Positions 23,830-32,000 of a stretch of DNA of 32,000 bases are shown here, one piece after another. Below the pieces are notes generated by a model. It was not told the origin of the DNA and searched no databases. It was given only the letters and a program-made list of their open reading frames with translations. The position numbers and the translations under genes are program-made. This DNA is from Nitrososphaera viennensis EN76 (GTDB lineage: Archaea; Thermoproteota; Nitrososphaeria; Nitrososphaerales; Nitrososphaeraceae), in assembly GCF_000698785.1 (NCBI RefSeq), contig NZ_CP007536.1, positions 390,001 through 422,000 of the forward strand. The letters run 5' to 3'. The stretch's first letter is position 1, and each line of letters begins with the position of its first letter.

Positions 23830-24639
23830 TTATCTGACCATCTCCATTACCTTGTGCATCGGAGCCTTGACGTCTTTGAGCTGCTCAATTGCGTTCTGCG
23901 AAAACACTGCCAGCCTGATCGGCTTTGAGCCCGGAGCCAGATCCAGGACGCTGATTTCTCTTGCGGTCTTGACCTCGACACCCGGTATTGACTTTATTGC
24001 AAGAGCCTTGGCGTCGTTTCCAACGACCACGAGCGCGCTTGTGCCGACCCTTGCGGACCTGCCCCTGCGCCTTGCGGTGCCGGAGCGGACCTTGTGAGTC
24101 GAGCCTGCGCGTGCGAGATCGTCTGCGAGGCCAAGCGCTGAAAGCGTCTTTATCAGGTCTTTTGCCTTTGCGACGGATTCAATGTCGTTTGAAACGACTA
24201 TCGGCAGTTTGACATCTTTTGCGAGCTTGTGTCCGCGGCCCTCTACGAGGTCGCGCCTTGCAGTCGCCGCTATTGCGGAGCAGAGGCCAAGCTGCTTTTC
24301 CTTGTGGTTGATTTTCTTGTAAATGTGCTTCCATGACTCTGGCGGGTGCGCAACTCTGCCGTGCCTTACGCCTGCCACGCCTGCTGCCTGGCCTGCCCTT
24401 GGGAACCCTTCGCCCCGCGCCCTTGCAAGACGCGCAATGCCAAGGCCAGTGTTCCGGGATTCTGCAGAGACGTTCTCGCCTGCGCCGGGATAGCGACCCT
24501 GCCTCTGGTATGCGTGCGAAGCGAGGTTGACGTACACCTTGTGGATTACCTCCGGCCTGTACGGCGTGTCGAAAACAATTGGAAGCTCGATGCTTCCTGC
24601 GTCCTTGCCGTCAATGCCTGTTATTGTTGCCTTTGTCAT
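23830..24639 (-). CDS. rpl4: 50S ribosomal protein uL4
   Basis: An ATG at 24639, 1 nt after the uL3 stop, gives MTKATITGIDGKDAGSIELP. The track start at 24651 is a TTG. L4/L1e blocks are present (GRVAHPPESWK, RRGRSARVGTSALVV). Confidence 0.93.
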   Translation of the reverse strand: MTKATITGIDGKDAGSIELPIVFDTPYRPEVIHKVYVNLASHAYQRQGRYPGAGENVSAESRNTGLGIARLARARGEGFPRAGQAAGVAGVRHGRVAHPPESWKHIYKKINHKEKQLGLCSAIAATARRDLVEGRGHKLAKDVKLPIVVSNDIESVAKAKDLIKTLSALGLADDLARAGSTHKVRSGTARRRGRSARVGTSALVVVGNDAKALAIKSIPGVEVKTAREISVLDLAPGSKPIRLAVFSQNAIEQLKDVKAPMHKVMEMVR

Positions 24640-24640
24640 G

Positions 24641-25639
24641 TTATTGAACAACTACCTCCAGAACTTTTGGCTCCTGCACCTTCTTTGGAAGGTTGCGTAT
24701 GGGGTGCCTCATCTTTATCAGGCGCTTTGGAACGCCAGGCACCGAGCCCCGGACTACGATGTAATCGCCCTTGACCAGCCCAAAGTGCTTGAAGCCGCCC
24801 TTGGGGTTGATGGAGCTCTGGCCGTCCTTTTCAGTGTTTGACATTATCAAAATGCGCTTGTTGTACTCGGTCCTCTGGTGGAAGCCACGCTGGCCCTGCC
24901 TTGCGACCGTGTACATGACAACAGCCGGAGATATCGGGCCCAGCGTACCTACTGCGCGCACGCTCTTTCTCGACTTGTGCTGCTTGCGCTTGACGCCAAA
25001 CCTGGTGATTGGACCCTCGACACCCTTGCCGCGCGTTATGCCAAAGACGTCGACATTCTGGCCCGCCTGGAAAATGTCACTTGCCTTCATCTCCTTGCCA
25101 AGGATGCTCTTGACGTATTCAAACTGCGCTTTTGCGTCCTTGCCTGAAACTGCCAGCTCAAAGACAAACGGCTTTTTCTGAGAAATGCCGACCGCGCTTG
25201 GAGAAACTGCAACTATCGCCATGACGGAGCTTGCCTGCGCGACCTTGGCCTCGGCCTTTGCCATAGCGTCGTCGGCCTGCTTGATGTCGATTTTGCGCGA
25301 CATTTCTTTTGGCAGGTCCTTTGCATAGACGTCAAAGATTGCATGCTGCCCGTACAAGTCTGCCTTGTAGGCGCGAATGCCGATTATCTTCATCGGCGGA
25401 GTCGCAATGACTGTGGCAGCGTTTAGCAGCTGCTTGCCAAAGTTCGGAGTCTTTTCCCTGTCGTCGATGGTTAGAACGTGTATACCACCAGCCTTGAAAC
25501 CTGCAAATCCCAATAGGGAGCTCTTCTCTCCAGCCATTTCCGGCCAAGTGCGGACCCTCGCTTCGAGGCTTCTTGCCCTGGCCCTTGGGCGGAAGGCTAC
25601 ACTACCCCTTCTTGGGGCGCTATACTTACGATGACCCAT
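24641..25639 (-). CDS. rpl3: 50S ribosomal protein uL3
   Basis: 332 aa with an ATG start. The N-terminus MGHRKYSAPRRGSVAFRPR and the block FGVKRKQHKSRK are typical. This is the first gene of the operon. Confidence 0.95.
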   Translation of the reverse strand: MGHRKYSAPRRGSVAFRPRARARSLEARVRTWPEMAGEKSSLLGFAGFKAGGIHVLTIDDREKTPNFGKQLLNAATVIATPPMKIIGIRAYKADLYGQHAIFDVYAKDLPKEMSRKIDIKQADDAMAKAEAKVAQASSVMAIVAVSPSAVGISQKKPFVFELAVSGKDAKAQFEYVKSILGKEMKASDIFQAGQNVDVFGITRGKGVEGPITRFGVKRKQHKSRKSVRAVGTLGPISPAVVMYTVARQGQRGFHQRTEYNKRILIMSNTEKDGQSSINPKGGFKHFGLVKGDYIVVRGSVPGVPKRLIKMRHPIRNLPKKVQEPKVLEVVVQ

Positions 25640-25666
25640 AGGTAACGCATCAGTCTTGCGCTTCCT

Positions 25667-25677
25667 TTTATAAATTA
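25667..25677 (-). promoter_or_regulatory. TATA-like box for the uL3...uL6 operon
   Basis: The minus strand reads AATTTATAAAA, centred about 33 nt upstream of the rpl3 ATG at 25639, in the 52-nt gap after the SPOUT gene. Confidence 0.45.
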
Positions 25678-25691
25678 TTCAGTGAAAAAAG

Positions 25692-26531
25692 CTAGTTCTT
25701 GGACAAAATAGAGCTGTTCAGGATCGCAAGCGTGCCAAGGATCGCCTCCTCAAGTCGCACCGTTTCCGTGGCCTGGTTTGGAAACATGTTCACGACAAAC
25801 TCGGCACGCGCATTGGAGCCTTCTTTTGCAAGGATTTCATGCACGCCGTGCCTCGGCGCGCCAAACACGACAAGCACGTTTTCGCTTGCCTTGATGCGCT
25901 CGCCAAGCTTGGCCTCGACGTTCTTGAAGTAGCTGCCTTTTCTCGACGTGACAATGGCAACGGTCTTTTCCATGCTGCTCAGCAGCTTTACCACCGACGG
26001 CACCTCCTTGACCTCGTAGCCCCAGTACTCAAAGATGTCCTCTTCTGTGGCCTCCACTGCGCGCAGGTTCGGGTGCGGCTGCGTGAACTTGACGTTTACC
26101 TTCTTGCCCTCAAAGCCCTGCCCGTCAAACGGCACGAGCGCGCCAAGGCCCGCCTCCACAAACAGCGCGCCCTTTATCTTTACGATTACGCCAGTGCGCA
26201 CGTCGCCGGCCCTGACCGTCTTGATGTCCTGCGCGGGCTTGTGGTGCGGAGCCTTTATCGGGTGCAGTATACCTGCAAATTCCAGCTGGCTCATCTTTGG
26301 GTACAGGATCTTGCGCAGATATTGCGGCGTGTCAAGGTAGCGCAGCACCGTGCGCAGAAGAACAGGGTCCTCTTTCTCAAACTGTGACAGCGGGTCGTGG
26401 TAGATATAGATGCGCTTTACGCGAAAGATAGAGCAGGCGCGCGCAAACTGGGCTATCTTGACGCTCTTGTCGCGCTTGGTCTGCTCGTCTGACAGCGAAG
26501 AGTCGGGTATCGCCACCCAGAGGTCTTGCAT
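25692..26531 (-). CDS. putative SPOUT-class (alpha/beta-knot) RNA methyltransferase, DUF171/COG2106-like
   Basis: 279 aa. The N-terminus is WVAIPDSSLSDEQTKRDKSVKIAQFARACSIFRV. As I recall, the conserved position just upstream of rpl3 is typical for this archaeal family. The family call is from memory. Confidence 0.7.
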   Translation of the reverse strand: MQDLWVAIPDSSLSDEQTKRDKSVKIAQFARACSIFRVKRIYIYHDPLSQFEKEDPVLLRTVLRYLDTPQYLRKILYPKMSQLEFAGILHPIKAPHHKPAQDIKTVRAGDVRTGVIVKIKGALFVEAGLGALVPFDGQGFEGKKVNVKFTQPHPNLRAVEATEEDIFEYWGYEVKEVPSVVKLLSSMEKTVAIVTSRKGSYFKNVEAKLGERIKASENVLVVFGAPRHGVHEILAKEGSNARAEFVVNMFPNQATETVRLEEAILGTLAILNSSILSKN

Positions 26532-26544
26532 GATTTTTTTGCCT

Positions 26545-27204
26545 TTATTCTTTTAGGAGCTCTTCGACTATGGTTTCAAGGTATCCTGTCGCGCCAAAGA
26601 GGTTGTGGCGCAGGTTGCCCTTTTTGTCGATTACAAGCGAAGTCGGGGTGCCGCGCATGGCATATTCCTCAAACGTCTTGGCAGAATATTCCTTGCCCTG
26701 CAGGTACATCTTTACTCGCTCGATCATCACCCTCTTGTCCTTCTCGCTGTACGAGCGATAGTCCGGCACGTTTGCCTCAATCACGTCCATTATCTTGCTC
26801 TCGGTTATCTGTCCGTTTTCCTTTTTCAGCATGTCCATGCCCACCGGAAACGGTATCTTGTACGGCAGCTTGCCGCCTTTCAGCTGGCCGTACATCGACA
26901 ACGCTTTTTGCGTCTCGCCAATGACTTCGCCAGTCATCAACAATTTCTGCAGGTTTTCAAGCGTGTTCTTGTCATAGTCCTCAAACGCGGTAGCCATGCC
27001 AAGCACTGTCAAGCCGCTTTCTCTGTACTTGTTGTAAAGCTCTATTGCCTCCGGGATGCCGTACATAAAACAGCCGGGGCAGTTTACCTGAAATACCTCG
27101 ACAACTACAACGTTGCCCTTTTCCTGGTCGATGTTTGTGGGCTTGCCCTGCACCCATGTGGAAACGTGCAGGTTCGGAGCCTTTGCGCCTACTTTTACTG
27201 CCAT
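26545..27204 (-). CDS. thioredoxin-fold thiol-disulfide oxidoreductase (redoxin/AhpC-TSA-like)
   Basis: 219 aa. The CPGC active-site motif sits in VVVVEVFQVNCPGCF, and the C-terminal GTPTSLVIDKKG resembles a cis-Pro loop. Confidence 0.75.
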   Translation of the reverse strand: MAVKVGAKAPNLHVSTWVQGKPTNIDQEKGNVVVVEVFQVNCPGCFMYGIPEAIELYNKYRESGLTVLGMATAFEDYDKNTLENLQKLLMTGEVIGETQKALSMYGQLKGGKLPYKIPFPVGMDMLKKENGQITESKIMDVIEANVPDYRSYSEKDKRVMIERVKMYLQGKEYSAKTFEEYAMRGTPTSLVIDKKGNLRHNLFGATGYLETIVEELLKE

Positions 27205-27252
27205 ATGCAGTACGCTAATTCTTGTCTCGCTAAATTAACCTTACCGGGATTT

Positions 27253-27990
27253 TCAGGCCGGGTGCCTGCCAGCCTTTTCCTTGGCAGAAGCCGCGTACTT
27301 TTCCAGCTCTTCGTCCTCGACCTTGCGCATGGCCTTTGTCTTGGTGTCGATGATGGCCATCTTCATGTGCTTGGTGCTGGACTTGTCCTCGCTGACAAGG
27401 TAGATGCATTCAACGGCAAGCGAAGCCGCCTCTGCAAGCGAAATGTCCTGCTTGTATGACTTTTCGAGGAAGTCGGTGACCTGGTCGCTCCCTGCGCCTA
27501 TTGCCATAGCGTCATAGCCGATGTAGGTGCCCGACGGGTCTGTGAGGAACAGGTTTGCGCCGTTCTTGTCGACTCCTGCAAGCAAGAGCGCGACGCCAAA
27601 CGGCCTCACGCCTGCATACTGCGTGAACTGCTGGGCCATGTCGGCGATGTTCTTGGCAACGCCCTCGACGTCTACTGGCTCGTCGTAGATGAGCCTGTTG
27701 CTCTGCGCAAAGAACCTCGCGTGGTCCACCTGGGTCCTTGCGTCAGGGATGTAGCCTGCCGCAGCGACGCCAATGTGGTCGTCGACCTGGAAGATCTTTT
27801 GTGTGACGTTGTTAATCTGGAGCTTTCTCGTCTTCTCCTCCACTGCGAGGACGACGCCGTCCTTTGCCTTGATTCCTATGGCAAGGGTTCCGCGCCTTAC
27901 GGTTTCAATGGCGTATTCTACCTGGTAAAGCCTGCCGTCTGGCGAAAATACGGTAATTGCTCGGTCATAGCCTGCTGCTGCTGGTAACAA
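27253..27990 (-). CDS. psmA: proteasome subunit alpha
   Basis: 245 aa. The signature YDRAITVFSPDGRLYQVEYA is present. TTG is the only available start because an in-frame stop lies 3 codons upstream. Confidence 0.95.
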   Translation of the reverse strand: MLPAAAGYDRAITVFSPDGRLYQVEYAIETVRRGTLAIGIKAKDGVVLAVEEKTRKLQINNVTQKIFQVDDHIGVAAAGYIPDARTQVDHARFFAQSNRLIYDEPVDVEGVAKNIADMAQQFTQYAGVRPFGVALLLAGVDKNGANLFLTDPSGTYIGYDAMAIGAGSDQVTDFLEKSYKQDISLAEAASLAVECIYLVSEDKSSTKHMKMAIIDTKTKAMRKVEDEELEKYAASAKEKAGRHPA

Positions 27991-28012
27991 TTCGAGCTAA
28001 TTTGCTCCTCCC

Positions 28013-28024
28013 GTTTAATTTAAG
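28013..28024 (-). promoter_or_regulatory. TATA-like box for psmA
   Basis: The minus strand reads CTTAAATTAAAC, centred about 28 nt upstream of the psmA start at 27990. Confidence 0.4.
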
Positions 28025-28140
28025 TTTACCTCGTTTTTCGTGCAATTCATCTAATTGGATTCTTTAGAGCTTGGTACGCAGAAACTGGGCTATCTATAGC
28101 GGAAAACACGTGTACAGACAAAGAAGGTTGGAAGGGTTTT

Positions 28141-28359
28141 CTAGGCGTAAAGGCAACCCGGTTTTGCATCAGTAGCGGCGGAATGGAATGCAACTTGCGC
28201 GACGTCGTTGTGCACGTAATGCACGCCTGCCGCTCCAGCAGCAAATATCGAATAGGCAAATGCCAGGGCAGAGACAGCGGCCGTCGCAATGGCAAAGGCC
28301 ACAAGCGTCGGGTGATTGTACGCAAAGTCTTCCAGTCTTTGCTTGAACGACGTAGTCAT
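28141..28359 (-). CDS. possible small membrane protein (72 aa)
   Basis: ATG-initiated ORF with one clear hydrophobic helix (LVAFAIATAAVSALAFAYSIFAAGAAG). There is no other support. Confidence 0.3.
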   Translation of the reverse strand: MTTSFKQRLEDFAYNHPTLVAFAIATAAVSALAFAYSIFAAGAAGVHYVHNDVAQVAFHSAATDAKPGCLYA

Positions 28360-28440
28360 CCTACTGCGTAAAGGCGCATTCGGCTAAATAAGAATTGCTT
28401 ACTGCATTTCTAGCATTCACAAGATTGACTTTAATATCGC

Positions 28441-28881
28441 ATGAATAAACAAAGGCATGTCGTGTTGCAGGACGAGATCGCGTTCTTTGGACACCCAAAC
28501 GTCCAGTCGCTGCATGCAAGGACCGTCGAGATAACAAAAGAGGAGCACCTGACTCTGAGGGGCGACTGCATAATTGGCGTCAGGGCTGAAAAGGCGTGCG
28601 CCGACGTTGACGAAAAGATAAAGCGCAAGCTGGCAAGGAGCGGCTCGCATGTAAAAATAGAGATAATCGTGGGAAACGACGTCTGTGAGATAAGCGGCGC
28701 CGGCGACGAGCGCCTGACACTAGAGAACAAGCACGACATCGTGATCCGCAAGACAAATTTCGTCTGCCCGCGGACGCTTTCTGTCAGGTGCGACAAGGCG
28801 TCGTCTGACATACCGCGCGGCATGGTCAAGGCGCTCCAAGATCCTGGCACAAAGGGCATATTCCGAATAACAGTTGAATAA
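28441..28881 (+). CDS. DUF371-family protein
   Basis: 146 aa. The sequences FFGHPNVQSLHARTVEITKEEHLTLRGDCIIGV and IVIRKT match my recollection of archaeal DUF371. Confidence 0.7.
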   Translation: MNKQRHVVLQDEIAFFGHPNVQSLHARTVEITKEEHLTLRGDCIIGVRAEKACADVDEKIKRKLARSGSHVKIEIIVGNDVCEISGAGDERLTLENKHDIVIRKTNFVCPRTLSVRCDKASSDIPRGMVKALQDPGTKGIFRITVE

Positions 28882-29229
28882 AAAGTGTCATGTTGTCCGA
28901 AAAATAATAGTCATCCAACAATGCAACATCTGCATAGCCAGGTTTTTCGAGCGTGCATAAATGCATAATTTGAGCACGGCTGTGCATAATCGGGCTTTTG
29001 CATGGCAGGCAAGATCAAGTGCCGCACGCAGGATTCCACCGTATTGTGCATGTGTGCGTGGCTCTTGTACGTACACGTGGTCAAGCCTTAAAAGAAATAA
29101 TTAAATCATCATGTTCTTGTATTGCTTTTTGCAAGTCGCCGCATCAACCCTGTTCTATGCGGTAAATTGCTTTGAGGGCTTTGTGTGTATATGTCAAAGA
29201 AGTAATTTGCAGCAAAACCTGTCTGCCAG

Positions 29230-29763
29230 TTACTTCTTTTGACCTGCCGCCGTCAGTTCCTTGTATTCTGGCCTTTCCATCGCCCTTGCAAGCGCCGCGT
29301 TGATGATTTCAAGGGCGAGAAACTCCCGGCACTTGCCGTCCTTGTCAAGCGCCAAAAAGCGCTTGTCTTCGTGCACGCTCTTTAGCACCTTTGCCAGCTT
29401 GCCGCTCACATCGTCAATCAGCCGCAAAGCCTTGCTGTCAAGGTCTGCCGGCGCCTGGCAGTCAAACACGCGAAGCGTGGCAGAATAGTACTTCATCACC
29501 GCGCCCCTGACCTCGACCATCCTTGCCGCCTCTATCAGGCCCGCCTCCTTGAGCGCGTCAAGGTGGTGCCTGACCGTGGTCGTGGCCTTTTTGACGCCAG
29601 CGTTTCCAAGCGCTTTTGCGATTTCCTCTGCGTTCATGGGCTTGTGGCTTACAAGCTCCAGTATTCGCATTCTTGCAGGGTCGCTTAGCCCCTGCGCGGC
29701 CGCGTGGTTCAAGGTGGTCACGCGCCTTACTCTTACGTCCTTTTGGAACAGTGCATCTGCCAT
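29230..29763 (-). CDS. ArsR-family winged-helix transcriptional regulator
   Basis: An ATG at 29763 gives 177 aa; the track start at 29775 is a TTG. The HTH is LSDPARMRILELVSHKPMNAEEIAKALG...TTVRHHLDALKEAGLIE. Confidence 0.85.
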   Translation of the reverse strand: MADALFQKDVRVRRVTTLNHAAAQGLSDPARMRILELVSHKPMNAEEIAKALGNAGVKKATTTVRHHLDALKEAGLIEAARMVEVRGAVMKYYSATLRVFDCQAPADLDSKALRLIDDVSGKLAKVLKSVHEDKRFLALDKDGKCREFLALEIINAALARAMERPEYKELTAAGQKK

Positions 29764-29921
29764 ATGTGAGTACAAGATGATGTGTGCATAGTAAAGTGCG
29801 CTTGTCTGATTGTTTTGCCCTGCTGGTTAATTACAATCATGTCAATAGTTGCAATTCAGCATAGATAGTAGGGTTATCAACCCAATCGTCTTTAGTTCAT
29901 TGCAATGAAATGATACTATTG

Positions 29922-29942
29922 TTATGATAATGTTATGATAAG
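29922..29942. repeat. tandem direct repeat GTTATGATAA-t-GTTATGATAA
   Basis: Read directly from the sequence, with an 11-bp period. It lies in an AT-rich island about 160-180 nt upstream of the ArsR-family gene, and a third ATGATA occurs at 29911-29916. Confidence 0.8.
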
Positions 29943-30046
29943 TCATGTCGGCAGGCGCGCAAAAATGGCCCTGGCAGGCAATAGGGCCGCCTGCAAGCAC
30001 GCAGCATGTGCAAAAGGGTGCAAAAACAAGGTGGCGGATTGAGCGG

Positions 30047-30886
30047 TTAGAGCGTTCTGCCGCTTATGCGCTCGTACGCAAGTATGTAGCGCCTTGAAAG
30101 CTCGCCTGCTATTTCAGGCGCCACGGTGGGCGGCTCGGGCTTTTTGCCTTCCTTGGCAAGCCTGTCAATCTCTGCCTTGAATCCCGTCTTGATGAGCCAG
30201 TCGCGCAAAAGCTGCTTGTCGTACGCCTCCTGCATCCTGCCCGGCGAGTAATCCGCCTTGAGCCAGAGCCGGTATTCGTCAGGCCCAAGCGAGTCGCCAA
30301 GGACTATTCTGCCGCTTTCGTCGCGGCCAAACTCGAACTTGACGTCTGCGATGATAAAGCCTGCCTTCTCGACTATTGCACTCATCTTTTCATAGAGTAG
30401 AATTGACGTCTTTTCGAGGAATTCATAGTCCTCTTTTGATACGAGGCCCATAGAGATTGCCTGCTCCTTGTTGACTGGCATGTCGTGCTCCTCGGATTTT
30501 GTAGTCGGGTCAAATATCGGCCTTGGAAGCCTGCCGGCCATCACCGGCTTGTAATCTGCAGGGAGGCTCTTGCCGAGGTGGTCCTTGTAGCGGTCGGCAA
30601 AACTGCCGTAGAAATACCCACGCACCACGCACTCTACAGGAATCATGGCCAGTTTCTTTACCACCATCTTGTCCTTGTCCTGCACGCGCAGCATGTGGTG
30701 GGGCGTGCCAAGGGTGTTGAACCAGAACTCGCCAAACCTGCATAACACCTCTCCCTTTCTAGGTATGGGAGTTGCCATCTTGACGTCAAACGCCGACACC
30801 CTGTCTGAGAAATGGAAGAGGATATTGTTGCCGTCGTCGTCAAGCTCGTAGATGTCCTTGACCTTGCCCTTGCGGATGAGCCTCAA
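30047..30886 (-). CDS. purC: phosphoribosylaminoimidazole-succinocarboxamide (SAICAR) synthase
   Basis: 279 aa with a TTG start. Blocks seen: KGKVKDIY, FSDRVSAFD, IIADVKFEFG, LGPDEYRLW. Confidence 0.95.
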   Translation of the reverse strand: MRLIRKGKVKDIYELDDDGNNILFHFSDRVSAFDVKMATPIPRKGEVLCRFGEFWFNTLGTPHHMLRVQDKDKMVVKKLAMIPVECVVRGYFYGSFADRYKDHLGKSLPADYKPVMAGRLPRPIFDPTTKSEEHDMPVNKEQAISMGLVSKEDYEFLEKTSILLYEKMSAIVEKAGFIIADVKFEFGRDESGRIVLGDSLGPDEYRLWLKADYSPGRMQEAYDKQLLRDWLIKTGFKAEIDRLAKEGKKPEPPTVAPEIAGELSRRYILAYERISGRTL

Positions 30887-31004
30887 CGCCGGATTGTTGC
30901 GTGCTATGGCATATCTGCTTATCTGTCGTTGTTGTTTTTTGAAAGGCTTTTAACGGCGCCTGTACGAACCAACGGCGGGCTTGTTCAAGAGCGACGCGCT
31001 TTCT

Positions 31005-32000
31005 ATGGGACGGCAGACCTGCATCGGGATAATCGGCGGCGGGCAGCTTGGCAAGATGATAGCGCACGAGGCAAGGCGCATGTCGTTCAAGGTTATAGTG
31101 CTCGACCCGACCGAAGGCTGCCCCGCTTCAAAAATAGCCGACGAGCAGATCGTCGCCGACTTCAAGGACGAGGCCGCGATTATGAGGCTGGCAGAAAAAT
31201 GCGACGTGCTCACCTATGAAATCGAGCTGGCAAACTCCTCTGCACTCAAGCAGCTTGAGGAAAAAAGCTATCCTGTCAGGCCGGCCCCTGAGACCCTGCG
31301 CATCATCCAGAACAAGCACCGCCAAAAGTCGTTTTTGAAAGAGCACAGGATAGCAGTCCCAGACTTTGAGCTTGTAAAATCGGAGGAACACCTGCACGAA
31401 TTATGCAGGAAATTCGGGCTTCCCGCGGTGCTAAAGGCGACAGAGGACTCGTACGACGGCCGGGGCAACTTTGTGATAAAGTCCGGGGACGACGTGCACA
31501 GAGCCTACGAGTATTTCAAGGGCAGGCAAGTCATGCTGGAAAAGTTTGTCCCCTTTACAAAGGAAGTGTCGATAATGGTGGCAAGGAACCCTTCTGGGCA
31601 GATAGAGTCGTTTCCAGTCGTCGAAAACATACACAAAAACAGCATCCTTGACACCACGATTGCGCCGGCGCAGATCAGCCGCAAGGTCGAGCAGAAAGCG
31701 ATAAGGCTGGCAAAGAGGACGATGGAAGTGCTGCACGGCGCAGGCATCTTTGGCATCGAAATGTTTGTCACGAAAAAAGGCGACGTGCTGGTAAACGAGA
31801 TTGCGCCCCGCGTCCACAACTCGGGCCACTACACCAACGAGGCCTGCTCGGTCTCGCAGTTTGAGCAGCACTTGAGGGCGGTGCTTGACCTGCCGCTGGC
31901 AAAGCCGGAGCTGCTGTCGCCGGCGGTCATGATAAACATACTGGGCCCGGAGGGCTTTGACGGCGTGTACGCAGTTACCGGCCTTGACGCTATGATGAAG
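31005..32000 (+). CDS. purK: N5-carboxyaminoimidazole ribonucleotide synthase (ATP-grasp), 3'-truncated by window edge
   Basis: Absent from the ORF track. Hand translation from ATG 31005 gives MGRQTCIGIIGGGQLGKMIAHEARRMSFKVIVLDP...GLPAVLKATEDSYDGRGNF...LVNEIAPRVHNSGHYT... The frame stays open to base 32000. The gene is divergent from purC. Confidence 0.9.
   Translation, partial: MGRQTCIGIIGGGQLGKMIAHEARRMSFKVIVLDPTEGCPASKIADEQIVADFKDEAAIMRLAEKCDVLTYEIELANSSALKQLEEKSYPVRPAPETLRIIQNKHRQKSFLKEHRIAVPDFELVKSEEHLHELCRKFGLPAVLKATEDSYDGRGNFVIKSGDDVHRAYEYFKGRQVMLEKFVPFTKEVSIMVARNPSGQIESFPVVENIHKNSILDTTIAPAQISRKVEQKAIRLAKRTMEVLHGAGIFGIEMFVTKKGDVLVNEIAPRVHNSGHYTNEACSVSQFEQHLRAVLDLPLAKPELLSPAVMINILGPEGFDGVYAVTGLDAMMK

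Noticed and set aside
26605-27459. 284-aa plus-strand ORF spanning the redoxin gene, the intergenic gap and the psmA 3' end
   Set aside because: It lies antisense to two well-supported genes and runs through an intergenic gap. The Leu/Arg/His-rich composition has no motifs, so it is a shadow ORF.
28888-29076. 62-aa minus-strand ORF in the DUF371/ArsR convergent gap
   Set aside because: It has no start context or promoter and an odd composition (His/Cys/Met/Ala-rich), and it overlaps the TGCATAA repeat cluster. I judge it non-coding.

Overview
This window reads as core chromosomal DNA of an archaeon, most likely an ammonia-oxidising thaumarchaeon of the Nitrososphaera type. That placement is an inference from an ESCRT-III/CdvB homologue, eS4 and Rpp29 inside an archaeal-order ribosomal-protein operon, a proteasome alpha subunit, and TATA-like boxes about 27-31 nt upstream of many start codons. 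I could not run any similarity search. Product calls rest on motifs I recognise in the supplied translations and in my own hand translations.

Gene content, 5' to 3':
- ilvD (partial), a TrpE/PabB-family enzyme, thrC, a small hypothetical gene, a GNAT acetyltransferase and a CdvB paralogue.
- A split biotin cluster: bioF-bioB, then a cupin gene plus a small serine recombinase, then bioA and bioD arranged divergently.
- A divergent hypothetical/membrane gene pair.
- A tight five-gene plus-strand operon: nucleotidyltransferase, LLM/F420-type oxidoreductase, thiolase, DUF35 and a hypothetical gene.
- A wHTH-membrane protein and an intron-containing tRNA-Asn.
- A minus-strand r-protein operon running uL3-uL4-uL23-uS19-uL22-uS3-uL29-Rpp29-uS17-uL14-uL24-eS4-uL5-uS14-uS8-uL6. 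uL2 is absent from its usual slot, and the 59-aa uS14 is missing from the ORF track.
- A SPOUT methyltransferase, a thioredoxin-fold protein, psmA, DUF371, an ArsR regulator, purC and purK (partial, also missing from the ORF track).

Most interesting signals:
1. A 24-bp near-palindrome occurs three times in the same orientation. Copies 1 and 2 bracket bioBF, and copies 2 and 3 flank the segment that carries the serine recombinase gene. It could be a recombination site, an operator or a terminator family.
2. A textbook BirA-type operator (TTGTAAAC-N-GTTTACAA) is centred on the bioB TATA box.
3. The tRNA-Asn has a non-canonical intron between the D arm and the anticodon arm.
4. The biotin cluster is split by the recombinase/cupin wedge, whose upstream gap contains repeats.
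5. AT-rich islands and repeat-bearing gaps lie between convergent genes.
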